From Eledone cirrhosa (Eukaryota), in contig OZ024741.1 in NCBI GenBank assembly GCA_964016885.1, forward strand, positions 128,092,001 through 128,156,000: a DNA stretch of 64,000 bases. The letters run 5' to 3'. Position numbers and translations under genes: made by a program. Of this stretch, positions 13,901-26,935 are shown piece after piece; the stretch's first letter is position 1; each line of letters opens with the position of its first letter. Below the pieces are notes generated by a model. It searched no databases, was not told where the DNA came from, and was given only the letters and a program-made list of their open reading frames with translations.

Positions 13901-16900
13901 AGGTGGTGATGTTGGTGGTGGTGTTGGTGGAAGTGTTATTGTAGGTGGTGATGTTGGTGGTAGTGTTGGTGGTGGTGTTATTGTAGGTGGTGATGTTGGT
14001 GGTGGTGTTGGTGGTGGTGTTATTGTAGGTGGTGATGTTGGTGGTAGTGTTGGTGGTGGTGTTATTGTAGGTGGTGATGTTGGTGGTGGTGTTGGTGGTG
14101 GTGTTATTGTAGGTGGTGATGTTGGTGGTGGTGTTGGTGGTGGTGTTATTGTAGGTGGTGATGTTGGTGGTGGTGTTGGTGGTGGTGTTATTGTAGGTGG
14201 TGATGTTGGTGGTGGTGTTGGTGGTGGTGTTCTTGTAGGTGGTGATGTTGGTGGTGGTGTTGGTGGTGGTGTTATTGTAGGTGGTGATGTTGGTGGTGGT
14301 GTTGGTGGTAGTGTTATTGTAGGTGGTGATGTTGGTGGTGGTGTTGGTGGTGGTGTTATTGTAGGTGGTGATGTTGGTGGTGGTGTTGGTGGTAGTGTTA
14401 TTGTAGGTGGTGATGTTGGTCGTGGTGTTGGTGTTATTGTAGGTGGTGATGTTGGTGGTGGCGTTGGTGGTAGTGTTATTGTAGGTGGTGATGTTGGTGG
14501 TGGTGTTATTGTAGGTGGTGATGGTGGTGGTGTTGGTGGTAGTGTTATTGTAGGTGGTGATGGTGGTGGTGTTGGTGGTAGTGTTATTGTAGGTGGTGAT
14601 GTTGGTGGTGGTGTTGGTGGTGGTGTTATTGTAGGTGGTGATGTTGGTGGTAGTGTTATTGTAGGTGGTGATGGTGGTAGTGTTATTGTAGGTGGTGATG
14701 TTGGTGGTAGTGTTATTGTAGGTGGTGATGTTGGTGGTAGTGTTATTGTAGGTGGTGATGTTGGTGGTAGTGTTATTGTAGGTGGTGATGGTGGTGGTGT
14801 TGGTGGTAGTGTTATTGTAGGTGGTGATGGTGGTGGTGTTGGTGGTAGTGTTATTGTAGGTGGTGATGTTGGTGGTGGTGTTGGTGGTGGTGTTATTGTA
14901 GGTGGTGATGTTGGTGGTGGTGTTGGTGGTGGTGTTATTGTAGGTGGTGATGTTGGTGGTGGTGTTGGTGGTGGTGTTATTGTAGGTGGTGATGTTGGTG
15001 GTGGTGTTGGTGGTAGTGTTATTGTAGGTGGTGATGGTGGTGGTGTTGGTGGTAGTGTTATTGTAGGTGGTGATGTTGGTGGTGGTGTTGGTGGTGGTGT
15101 TATTGTAGGTGGTGATGTTGGTGGTATTGTTATTGTAGGTGGTGATGGTGGTGGTGTTGGTGGTAGTGTTATTGTAGGTGGTGATGTTGGTGGTGGTGTT
15201 GGTGGTGGTGTTATTGTAGGTGGTGATGTTGGTGGTGGTGTTGGTGGTGGTGTTATTGTAGGTGGTGATGTTGGTGGTGGTGTTGGTGGTAGTGTTATTA
15301 TAGGTGGTGATGTTGGTGGTGGTGTTGGTGGTGGTGTTATTGTAGGTGGTGATGTTGGTGGTAGTGTTATTGTAGGTGGTGATGTTGGTGGTAGTGTTAT
15401 TGTAGGGGGTGATGTTGGTGGTAGTATTATTGTAGGTGGTGATGTTGGTGGTGGTGTTATTGTAGGTGGTGATGTTGGTGGTGGTGTTGGTGGTAGTGTT
15501 ATTGTAGGTGGTGATGTTGGTGGTGGTGTTGGTGGTGGTGTTATTGTAGGTGGTGATGTTGGTGGTGGTGTTGGTGGTAGTGTTATTGTAGGTGGTGATG
15601 TTGGTGGTGGTGTTGGTGGTGGTGTTATTGTAGGTGGTGATGTTGGTGGTGGTGTTATTGTAGGTGGTGATGTTGGTGGTGGTGTTATTGTAGGTGGTGA
15701 TGTTGGTGGTAGTGTTATTGTAGGGGGTGATGTTGGTGGTAGTGTTATTGTAGGTGGTGATGTTGGTGGTGGTGTTATTGTAGGTGGTGATTTTGGTGGT
15801 GGTGTTGGTGGTAGTGTTATTGTAGGTGGTGATGTTGGTGGTGATGTTGGTGGTAGTGTTATTGTAGGTGGTGATGTTGGTGGTGGTGTTGGTGGTAGTG
15901 TTATTGTAGGTGGTGATGTTGGTGGTGGTGTTGGTGGTAGTGTTATTGTAGGTGGTGATGTTGGTGGTGGCGTTGGTGGTAGTGTTATTGTAGGTGGTGA
16001 TGTTGGTGGTGGTGTTATTGTAGGTGGTGATGGTGGTGGTGGTGTTGGTGGTAGTGTTATTGTAGGTGGTGATGTTGGTGGTGGCGTTGGTGGTAGTGTT
16101 ATTGTAGGTGGTGATGTTGGTGGTGGTGTTGGTGGTGGTGTTATTGTAGGTGGTGATGTTGGTGGTGGTGTTGGTGGTGGTGTTATTGTAGGTGGTGATG
16201 TTGGTGGTGGCGTTGGTGGTAGTGTTATTGTAGGTGGTGATGTTGGTGGTGGTGTTATTGTAGGTGGTGATTTTGGTGGTGGTGTTGGTGGTAGTGTTAT
16301 TGTAGGTGGTGATGGTGGTGTTGGTGTTGGTGGTAGTGTTATTGTAGGTGGTGATGTTGGTGGTGGTGTTGGTGGTGGTGTTATTGTAGGTGGTGATGTT
16401 GGTGGTGGTGTTAGTGGTGGTGTTATTGTAGGTGGTGATGTTGGTGGTAGTGTTATTGTAGGTGGTGATGTTGGTGGTAGTGTTATTGTAGGTGGTGATG
16501 TTGGTGGTAGTGTTATTGTAGGTGGTGATGTTGGTGGTGATGTTGGTGGTGGTGTTATTGTAGGTGGTGATGTTGGTGGTGGTGTTGGTGGTAGTGTTAT
16601 TGTAGGTGGTGATGTTGGTGGTGGTGTTGGTGTTGGTGTTATTGTAGGTGGTGATGTTGGTGGTGGTGTTGGTGGTAGTGTTATTGTAGGTGGTGATGTT
16701 GGTGGTGGTGTTGGTGGTGGTGTTATTGTAGGTGGTGATGGTTGTAGTGTTATTGTAGGTGGTGATGTTGGTGGTAGTGTTATTGTAGGTGGTGATGTTG
16801 GTGGTGGTGTTGGTGGTAGTGTTATTGTAGGTGGTGATGTTGGTGGTGGTGTTGGTGGTGGTGTTATTGTAGGTGGTGATGTTGGTGGTAGTGTTATTGT

Positions 16901-19900
16901 AGGTGGTGATGTTGGTGGTAGTGTTATTGTAGGTGGTGATGTTGGTGATAGTGTTATTGTAGGTGGTGATGTTGGTGGTAGTGTTATTGTAGGGGGTGAT
17001 GTTGGTGGTAGTGTTATTGTAGGTGGTGATGTTGGTGGTAGTGTTATTGTAGGTGGTGATGTTGGTGGTGGTGTTGGTGGTAGTGTTATTGTAGGTGGTG
17101 ATGTTGGTGGTGGTGTTATTGTAGGTGGTGATGGTTGTAGTGTTATTGTAGGTGGTGATGTTGGCGGTAGTGTTATTGTAGGTGGTGATGTTGGTGGTGG
17201 TGTTGGTGGTGGTGTTATTGTAGGTGGTGATGTTGGTGGTAGTGTTATTGTAGGTGGTGATGTTGGTGGTAGTGTTATTGTAGGTGGTGATGTTGGTGGT
17301 GGTGTTATTGTAGGTGGTGATTTTGGTGGTGGTGTTATTGTAGGTGGTGATGTTGGTGGTGGTGTTGGTGGTGGTGTTATTGTAGGTGGTGATGTTGGTG
17401 GTAGTGTTATTGTAGGTGGTGATGTTGGTGGTGGTGTTGGTGGTAGTGTTATTGTAGGTGGTGATGTTGGTGGTGATGTTGGTGGTGGTGTTATTGTAGG
17501 TGGTGATGTTGGTGGTGGTGTTGGTGGTAGTGTTATTGTAGGTGGTGATGTTGGTGGTGATGTTGGTGGTAGTGTTATTGTAGGTGGTGATGTTGGTGGT
17601 GGTGTTATTGTAGGTGGTGATTTTGGTGGTGGTGTTATTGTAGGTGGTGATGTTGGTGGTGGTGTTGGTGGTGGTGTTATTGTAGGTGGTGATGTTGGTG
17701 GTGGCGTTGGTGGTAGTGTTATTGTAGGTGGTGATGTTGGTGGTGGTGTTGGTGGTAGTGTTATTGTAGGTGGTGATGTTGGTGGTGATGTTGGTGGTGG
17801 TGTTATTGTAGGTGGTGATGTTGGTGGTGGTGTGGGTGGTAGTGTTATTGTAGGTGGTGATGTTGGTGGTAGTGTTATTGTAGGTGGTGATGTTGGTGGT
17901 GGTGTTGGTGGTAGTGTTATTGTAGGTGGTGATGTTGGTGGTGATGTTGGTGGTGGTGTTATTGTAGGTGGTGATGTTGGTGGTGGTGTTGGTGGTAGTG
18001 TTATTGTAGGTGGTGATGTTGGTGGTGGTGTTGGTGGTAGTGTTATTGTAGGTGGTGATGGTGGTAGTGTTATTGTAGGTGGTGATGTTGGTGGTAGTGT
18101 TATTGTAGGTGGTGATGTTGGTGGTAGTGTTATTGTAGGTGGTGATGGTGGTGGTGTTGGTGGTAGTGTTATTGTAGGTGGTGATGGTGGTGGTGTTGGT
18201 GGTAGTGTTATTGTAGGTGGTGATGTTGGTGGTGGTGTTGGTGGTAGTGTTATTGTAGGTGGTGATGTTGGTGGTGGTGTTGGTGGTGGTGTTATTGTAG
18301 GTGGTGATGTTGGTGGTGGTGTTGGTGGTAGTGTTATTATAGGTGGTGATGTTGGTGGTGGTGTTGGTGGTGGTGTTATTGTAGGTGGTGATGTTGGTGG
18401 TAGTGTTATTGTAGGTGGTGATGTTGGTGGTAGTGTTATTGTAGGGGGTGATGTTGGTGGTAGTGTTATTGTAGGTGGTGATGTTGGTGGTGGTGTTGGT
18501 GGTAGTGTTATTGTAGGTGGTGATGTTGGTGGTGGTGTTGGTGGTGGTGTTATTGTAGGTGGTGATGTTGGTGGTGGTGTTGGTGGTAGTGTTATTATAG
18601 GTGGTGATGTTGGTGGTGGTGTTGGTGGTGGTGTTATTGTAGGTGGTGATGTTGGTGGTAGTGTTATTGTAGGTGGTGATGTTGGTGGTAGTGTTATTGT
18701 AGGGGGTGATGTTGGTGGTAGTGTTATTGTAGGTGGTGATGTTGGTGGTGGTGTTGGTGGTAGTGTTATTGTAGGTGGTGATGTTGGTGGTGGTGTTGGT
18801 GGTAGTGTTATTGTAGGTGGTGATGTTGGTGGTGGTGTTGGTGGTAGTGTTATTGTAGGTGGTGATGTTGGTGGTGGTGTTGGTGGTAGTGTTATTGTAG
18901 GTGGTGATGTTGGTGGTGGTGTTGGTGGTAGTGTTATTGTAGGTGGTGATGTTGGTGGTGGTGTTGGTGGTGGTGTTATTGTAGGTGGTGATGTTGGTGG
19001 TGGTGTTGGTGGTAGTGTTATTGTAGGTGGTGATGTTGGTGGTGGTGTTGGTGGTGGTGTTATTGTAGGTGGTGATGTTGGTGGTGGTGTTATTGTAGGT
19101 GGTGATGTTGGTGGTGGTGTTGGTGGTAGTGTTATTGTAGGTGGTGATGTTGGTGGTGGTGTTGGTGGTAGTGTTATTGTAGGTGGTGATGTTGGTGGTG
19201 GTGTTGGTGGTAGTGTTATTGTAGGTGGTGATGTTGGTGGTGGTGTTGGTGGTGGTGTTATTGTAGGTGGTGATGTTGGTGGTGGTGTTGGTGGTAGTGT
19301 TATTGTAGGTGGTGATGTTGGTGGTGGTGTTGGTGGTGGTGTTATTGTAGGTGGTGATGTTGGTGGTGGTGTTATTGTAGGTGGTGATGTTGGTGGTGGT
19401 GTTGGTGGTAGTGTTATTGTAGGTGGTGATGTTGGTGGTGGTGTTGGTGGTAGTGTTATTGTAGGTGGTGATGTTGGTGGTGGTGTTGGTGGTAGTGTTA
19501 TTGTAGGTGGTGATGTTGGTGGTGGTGTTGATGGTGGTGTTATTGTAGGTGGTGATGTTGGTGGTGGTGTTGGTGGTAGTGTTATTGTAGGTGGTGATGT
19601 TGGTGGTGGTGTTGGTGGTGGTGTTATTGTAGGTGGTGATGTTGGTGGTGGTGTTATTGTAGGTGGTGATGTTGGTGGTGGTGTTATTGTAGGTGGTGAT
19701 GTTGGTGGTAGTGTTATTGTAGGGGGTGATGTTGGTGGTAGTGTTATTGTAGGTGGTGATGTTGGTGGTGGTGTTATTGTAGGTGGTGATTTTGGTGGTG
19801 GTGTTGGTGGTAGTGTTATTGTAGGTGGTGATGTTGGTGGTGATGTTGGTGGTAGTGTTATTGTAGGTGGTGATGTTGGTGGTGGTGTTGGTGGTAGTGT

Positions 19901-21476
19901 TATTGTAGGTGGTGATGTTGGTGGTGGTGTTGGTGGTAGTGTTATTGTAGGTGGTGATGTTGGTGGTGGTGTTGGTGGTGGTGTTATTGTAGGTGGTGAT
20001 GTTGGTGGTGGTGTTGGTGGTAGTGTTATTGTAGGTGGTGATGGTGGTAGTGTTATTGTAGGTAGTGATGTTGGTGGTGGTGTTATTGTAGGTGGTGATG
20101 TTGGTGGTGGTGTTGGTGGTAGTGTTATTGTAGGTGGTGATTGTGGTGGTGTTGGTGGTAGTGTTATTGTAGGTGGTGATGGTGTTGGTGGTGTTGGTGG
20201 TAGTGTTATTGTAGGTGGTGATGTTGGTGGTAGTGTTGGAGGTAGTGTTATTGTAGGTGGTGATGTTGGTGATGGTGTTGGTGGTAGTGTTATTGTAGGT
20301 GGTGATGTTGGTGATGGTGTTGGTGGTAGTGTTATTGTAGGTGGTGATGTTGGTGGTAGTGTTGGTGGTAGTGTTATTGTAGGTGGTGATGTTGGTGATG
20401 GTGTTATTGTAGGTGGTGATGTTGGTAATGGTGTTGGTGGTAGTGTTATTGTAGGTGGTGATACTGTGTTGGTGGTGGTGTTGGTGATGGTGTTATTGTA
20501 GGTGGTGATTGTGGTGGTGTTGGTGGTAGTGTTATTGTAGGTGGTGATGTTGGTGATGGTGTTGGTGGTAGTGTTATTGTAGGTGGTGATGTTGGTGATG
20601 GTGTTGGTGGTAGTGTTATTGTAGGTGGTGATGTTGGTGGTGGTGTTGGTGGTAGTGTTATTGTAGGTGGTGATGTTGGTGGTGGTGTTGGTGGTAGTGT
20701 TATTGTAGGTGGTGATGTTGGTGATGGTGTTGCTGGTAGTGTTATTGTAGGTGGTGATGTTGGTGGTGGTGTTGGTGGCAGTGTTATTGTAGGTGGTGAT
20801 GTTGGTGGTGGTGTTGGTGGTAGTGTTATTGTAGGTGGTGATGTTGGTGATGGTGTTGGTGGTAGTGTTATTGTAGGTGGTGATGTTGGTGGTGGTGTTG
20901 GTGGTAGTGTTATTGTAGGTGGTGATGTTGGTGGTGGTGTTGGTGGTAGTGTTATTGTAGGTTGTGATGTTGGTGATAGTGTTGGTGGTAGTGTTATTGT
21001 AGGTGGTGATGTTGGTGGTGGTGTTGGTGGTGGTGTTATTGTAGGTGGTGATGTTGGTGGTGGTGTTGGTGGTAGTGTTATTGTAGGTGGTGATGTTGGT
21101 GGTGGTGTTGGTGGTAGTGTTATTGTAGGTGGTGATGTTGGTGATGGTGTTGGTGGTAGTGTTATTGTAGGTGGTGATGTTGGTGGTGGTGTTGGTGGTG
21201 GTGTTATTGTAGGTGGTGATGTTGGTGGTGGTGTTGGTGGTAGTGTTATTGTAGGTGGTGATGTTGGTGATGGTGTTGGTGGTAGTGTTATTGTAGGTGG
21301 TGATGTTGGTGGTGGTGTTGGTGGTAGTGTTATTGTAGGTGGTGATGTTGGTGGTGGTGTTGTTGGTGGTGTTATTGTAGGTGGTGATGGTTGTAGTGTT
21401 ATTGTAGGTGGTGATGTTGGTGGTAGTGTTATTGTAGGTGGTGATGTTGGTGGTGGTGTTGTTGGTGGTGATGTGG
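4933..21476. repeat. Giant GGT-based minisatellite array (~16.5 kb); units of 42 bp (GTTATTGTAGGTGGTGATGTTGGTGGTGGTGTTGGTGGT[A/G]GT) and 30 bp
   Basis: Continuous tandem units anchored by GTTATTGTAGGTGGTGAT; + strand almost devoid of C; gives rise to the long Gly/Val (+) and Pro/Thr (-) ORFs. Confidence 0.97.
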
Positions 21477-23140
21477 CATCCTCTTTCTTTTGACATTTAA
21501 CGTTAGTACTAACTCCTTCCAGGAACACAGAAGTAAATTGCGTCCTTTTTCTTCTACCTCATACCGTTACTACATCCGCTCTCTTTAACACCACCTTAAA
21601 CAACGGGAGGACACATTGAATAATCTATTCCTAGATACACAAAGCTTGAAAAAACAAACAAAAACAATACAGATTGGTCATGGCCAGAGCTGGCCTGGGG
21701 CTAAACAACAGCAACAACAACTACTAAAACAGCTCCCCCCCCCACTCCCCACCACCACCATTAAACCCCCAACCTTCACCACCAAAAACATTCCCACCAC
21801 CATCCCCACAACCACCACCACAATCTCCCCCACCCTCGTTCTCCCACTATCAACATGCCCATCTTTTACTATAAGTCACCCCACCCCTCTATACCTCAGC
21901 CAAGACTCCTTCCCCCTCCAAGCACCACACCTCACACCACCACTCCCCCTATATCTGAGCCAACACTCCTACTTCCCTCAGTCACCAAACCTCACACCAC
22001 CACTCCCAGTACAGATAGTGTTGCAGTATAATTGGTAATGATTATTAATTTTGTGTATGCCTTATATATATGTATATATATGCATACATACACACGTGTA
22101 TATGTGTGTATGTGTGTGTTAGATAATGACTGGAAGAGAGAGCTGTGCTTCTGGTATCGGTTATCGTTCAATATAGAAGGTAGTGTTGGTGAGGGTGGTG
22201 TTATTAGTGGTGATTGTGGTGGTGGTAATGGTAGAGTTGGTGGTGGTGGTGGTGGTGATGGCATGGAGGTGGTGGTGTTGGTAGTAGTGGTGTTTGTGTT
22301 GGTGTTGGTGATACTAGTGGCATTGGTGGCAGTAGTAGTGGTGCTGGTGGTGATATTAGTAGAGATGGTGGTGGTACTGGCGGTAGTGCTGGTGGTGTTA
22401 TAGTGTTAATAGCTATTGGTGATGGTGACAGTAGGGGTTGTAGTTGATGGGAACGTCGTGGTCATAGTTGAGGTTGTAGTGGTAGTAGTGTTATTGTGAT
22501 GATGGTAATTGTAGTGGTGATGTTTTAGTTGGGGGTGGTATTTGTGGTAGGGGTGCCGTATTTCAAGTGGTATTAGATGTGGTTGTGGTGCAAGTACGGC
22601 TGATGGTAAAATGTTGTTGTTTAGCCTCAGGTCAGTTGTAATTGAGCAAACACATGATCAAAATCATTCTAGCCGTGACCATCCCATCGTTTAATGGGGT
22701 TATAGGATTACATCAGTCAGGTCAGGCTTCTGCTTGCTACGGGTACCATGTAACCCAGTAAAACCTACTTCATGGTCGAATGGTCGGCAACTAAACCGGC
22801 TCCTCCAACAGCACAAAAAACAAAACAAACGAACTGTTAAAAGGGGGATGAACTCCTCAGAGTCAACAACCATCCACTCCAACTATGGGTTAAATAGCCT
22901 TACCAAGCCGTAATTGGTCAAATGTAAGAACAGCTACACCCTTGAAGATTTGACCAAAACCAAACAGAAAATGATGGAGGTCAACTAGAGAGGGGTTCCT
23001 CCAGCGGGAGCAAACATGTCCTGGATTGGATGGGATTGGAGGACGACATTATCTAATGTGACGTCTATTTGTAAAGATGGTTGGTAGGATTTGAAGTACA
23101 TTTGATCGCTATTGTTAGTAAGTAGCTTTCTCATTAGATC

Positions 23141-23225
23141 GGTGGTGGTGGTGGTGGTGGTAGTTGTATTGATTGTAGTTGTAGTTTTGGTGGTAGTAAG
23201 AGTAGCAGTGTTGGTTATAGTTGTA

Positions 23226-23258
<33 letters not shown>

Positions 23259-23273
23259 GTGTTGGTTATAGTT

Positions 23274-23311
<38 letters not shown>

Positions 23312-23327
23312 GTTGGTTATAGTTGTA

Positions 23328-23387
<60 letters not shown>

Positions 23388-23405
23388 TTGGTTATAGTTG
23401 TAGTT

Positions 23406-23447
<42 letters not shown>

Positions 23448-23673
23448 TTGGTTATAGTTGTAGTGGTGATGGTAGTAGTGTTGGTTATAGTTGTAGTGGT
23501 GGTGGTAGTAGTAGTAGTAGTGTTGGTTATAGTTGTAGTTGTGGTGGTGGTAGTAGTAGTAGTAGTGTTGGTTATAATTGTAGTGGTGATGGTAGTAGTA
23601 GTAGTAGTGTTGGTTATAGTTGTAGTGGTGGTGGTATTAGTAGTAGTAGTGTTGGTTATAGTTGTAGTGGTGA

Positions 23674-23704
<31 letters not shown>

Positions 23705-24770
23705 GTTGGTTATAGTTGTAGTGGTGGTAGTAGTAGTAGTAGTAGTGTTGGTTATAGTTGTAGTGCTGATGGTGGTAGTAGTAGTAGCAGTGTTGGTTAT
23801 AGTTGTAGTGGTGGTGGTAGTAGTAGTAGTAGTGTTGGTTATAGTTGTAGTGGTGATGGTGGTAGTAGTAGTGTTGGTTATAGTTGTAGTGGTGGTAATA
23901 GTAGTAGTAGTAGTAGTGTTGGTTATAGTTGTAGTGGTGGTGGTAGTAGTAGTGGTAGTGTTGGTTATAGTTGTAGTGGTGGTGATAGTAGTAGTAGCAG
24001 TGTTGGTTATAGTTGTAGTGGTGATGGTGGTAGTAGAAGTGTTGGTTATAGTTGTAGTGGTGGTAGTAGTAGTAGTAGTAGTAGTGTTGGTTATAGTTGT
24101 AGTGGTGGTAGTAGTAGTAGTAGTAGCAGTGTTGGTTATAGTTGTAGTGGTGGTGATAGTAGTAGTAGCAGTGTTGGTTATAGTTGTAGTGGTGGTGATA
24201 GTAGTAGTAGTAGTGTTGGTTATAGTTGTAGTGGTGGTGATAGTAGTAGTAGCAGTGTTGGTTATAGTTGTAGTGGTGGTGATAGTAGTAGTAGCAGTAT
24301 TGGTTATAGTTGTAGTGGTGATGGTGGTAGTAGTAGCAGTGTTGGTTATAGTTGTAGTGGTGGTGATAGTAGTAGTGGTAGTGTTGGTTATAGTTGTAAT
24401 GGTGGTGATAGTAGTAGTAGCAGTGTTGGTTATAGTTGTAGTGGTGGTGATAGTAGTAGTAGTAGTAGTAGTAGTGTTGGTTATAGTTGTAGTGGTGGTG
24501 ATAGTAGTAGTAGTAGTGTTGGTTATAGTTGTAGTGGTGGTGATAGTAGTAGTAGCAGTGTTGGTTATAGTTGTAGTGGTGGTGATAGTAGTAGTGGTAG
24601 TGTTGGTTATAGTTGTAGTGGTGGTGGTATTAGTAGTAGTAGTGTTGGTTATAGTTGTAGTGGTGGTGATAGTAGTAGTAGTAGTGTTGGTTATAGTTGT
24701 AGTGGTGGTGATAGTAGTAGTAGTAGTGTTGGTTATAGTTGTAATGGTAATAGTGTTATTGGTTATAGAG
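23141..24770. repeat. (GTA/GTG)-based minisatellite with anchor GTGTTGGTTATAGTTGTAGTG
   Basis: Tandem variable-length units; source of the poly-Val ORF. Confidence 0.95.
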
Positions 24771-24817
24771 AAGGATAGAGAGTGAGAGAAAGGAAGTGAG
24801 AAAGAGATATAAAAGAA

Positions 24818-25200
24818 GAATCGACCCCAGTACTAGACTGGTACTTTTTTTTTATCAGCCTCGAAAGAATGAAATGCAAAGTTGACCCGTCGAGATTTGA
24901 ACTCAGAGAACAGAGGGCCGGACCGAGAACCGCAAAGCCTTCTATCTGACGTTCTAACGACCTGCCAATTCACCCCCTTATTGTTGTAATTAATTGTTTC
25001 TACTCTTGGCACAAGGCCAGCAAATACCCAGTACATTATTACTGGTACTTTATTTCGTCGACCCCGTAAGGATGAAAGGCAAAGTTAACCTCGGCGGGAT
25101 TTGAACTCAGATCGTAAAGGGACGTAACTCTTTGCGTCAAAGCATGGCGTCCGACCCTCTACTGATACTGCCAATTCACCGCCTTATTGTTGTAATTAAT
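24818..25200 (-). mobile_element. Two tandem tRNA-derived SINEs (octopus-type)
   Basis: Minus strand carries B-box GAGTTCAAATCCC followed by GCCGAGGTTAACTTTGCCTTTCATCC...AAAGTACCAGT; the second copy is flanked by a duplicated TTATTGTTGTAATTAAT (24978-24994 / 25184-25200). Confidence 0.85.
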
Positions 25201-25479
25201 ATTGAATATTTCATTGGTGTTGTGTACTTCCAGCATGACAGAATGTTTAAGATGTTTGTTTCGCAATCACAAAATCCTGGGCTCAATCCTATTTCTTGGA
25301 AACGTTATGCAAGAGTCAAGTGTTACCGTAGCTTCATGTCGGTCCTAGGTTTGTGAATGCAATTGGTTTGACGGAAGAAACAGTTTGGAAGCTCGTCAGA
25401 TAGATTGTAAATATTATTTAAAGGACGAACTTTGTCACACAATGTTATGTTGATTTCTCCTCGAGAATACATGTCTTTG

Positions 25480-25575
25480 TACGTCGGATTCGTTCCGGCT
25501 TTCTGTGTTCTGAGGTCAACTTTGCTTTTCATTCTTTCGAGGTAGATAATAATGTACCAGTCCAAGTACTAGAAT
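25480..25575 (+). mobile_element. Degenerate SINE fragment of the same family
   Basis: gaggtcaactttgcttttcattctttcgaggtagataataatgtaccagt. Confidence 0.6.
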
Positions 25576-25845
25576 TAATATTTCCTCTGTTCTACTTTCT
25601 CACCCCCCCCTCTCTCTCTCACACACACACGTGCACGCTCTCTCTCATACATTCTCTGTCTCTGTCTCTTTCTCTTTGGAAGAAATCAGCTGAGTTCAGA
25701 CCTGGAGAAGGGGTTGATTCTGCCAAGTTCCAAAATGTCCAAGACCCGCTGTATGTTACGACGGTGTCGCTACGACTCCGTCACGAATTACGGGTCTATA
25801 TATATAATACATACACACGTGTCTGTGGAATAGTTGCATTTATAC

Positions 25846-26137
25846 CAGTTATGGGAAACCTGCAGCCCGGAAAGCTTTCTGAATGGCTCGCCTAAGTCAC
25901 CTAAGTGAAATCTTTCTGATTTTTTTTACTCCAACTTTTCAGTCATAATCTATCTTTCTATCATTTTTACGATCGAGGAAAACACTGTGTATGAATTCTG
26001 AAGAAACAAATCAAAACAACCTGAGTTACCACCCTTTTTTTTAATGTGGGCACGAATGTAAATTAGCGCTTGCGGCCCGCCTGATGATGAGTCATATTTC
26101 ATGCGGCTCGCTTGTCGAAAAAGGTTGCCCATGCCTG
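25846..26137. mobile_element. hAT-superfamily MITE
   Basis: TIRs CAGTTATGGGAAACCT / AGGTTGCCCATGCCTG (13/16 match); perfect 8-bp TSD ATTTATAC at 25838-25845 and 26138-26145. Confidence 0.9.
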
Positions 26138-26759
26138 ATTTATACATTCATGTAACGAGAGGGCCCTTCTGTTAATCGAATATCTTGAACACTAATCGTC
26201 AAAACCGCCTGAGGTCCATTTACTTTTTATTAAGCGTACTCAGGTGGGAGTCTGAGACCAAGTTTGTTGATTTATCGGTTGAGTGGTTGACTGGCCGGTT
26301 AGTTGGTTGGCTGGCAACGACGGGTCTAAGAGATAACAGCAGCAGCAGCAACAACAGTAGTGAAGGAACTACACTGATCTGAACGGACGGACTGGCTGGA
26401 TGGCTGATGGTGGATAGTGTCAGGTGGGCAACTGTCTACTAGTTATCTACTAGCAGATGATAAGTGTTCGTTGTTTATTTATTTATTGTTTTTTTAATTT
26501 TGTTTTTGTTTTCGATATTATCATGGTTGTCTCCTTGCGTAGTGGTAGTTAGAATAGCGGGGAGCTTGGATATGTGTGGTGGCCTTTGGGTCGATGGACA
26601 GTAGTAGTAGTAGTAGTAGTAGTAGTAGCAGTTGTTGTTGGTGTTGTTGTTGTTGTTGTTGTGGTGGTGGTGGTGGTGGTGGGAAGTAGCGGCGCAGAGA
26701 GAAATGATACAATAGCCATTGGGAATATCTTCTCGAGAATGCACACGTAAAGATATAAT

Positions 26760-26886
26760 GTTTACATACATACACACACACTGAGCTCCCCACGTGTATG
26801 ACACACACACACACATATATATATAAACATATACATATACATGTGTATATATATATATATATTATATATATATATAATATAATATA

Positions 26887-26935
<49 letters not shown>

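Noticed and set aside
4889-20501. Gly/Val-rich + strand ORFs (1067 aa, 889 aa) as structural proteins
   Set aside because: They are translations of a triplet minisatellite with non-ATG starts, invariant codons and no signal peptide or domain.
4933-21476. CRISPR-like repeat-spacer array
   Set aside because: No unique spacers, no cas genes, eukaryotic context.
23112-24785. 557-aa poly-Val ORF
   Set aside because: Minisatellite read-through; an implausible protein.
26088-26122. CTGATGA...CGAAA inside the hAT MITE as a hammerhead
   Set aside because: No UH site or stem I/III pairing after GAAA; it lies in the subterminal region of a DNA transposon.
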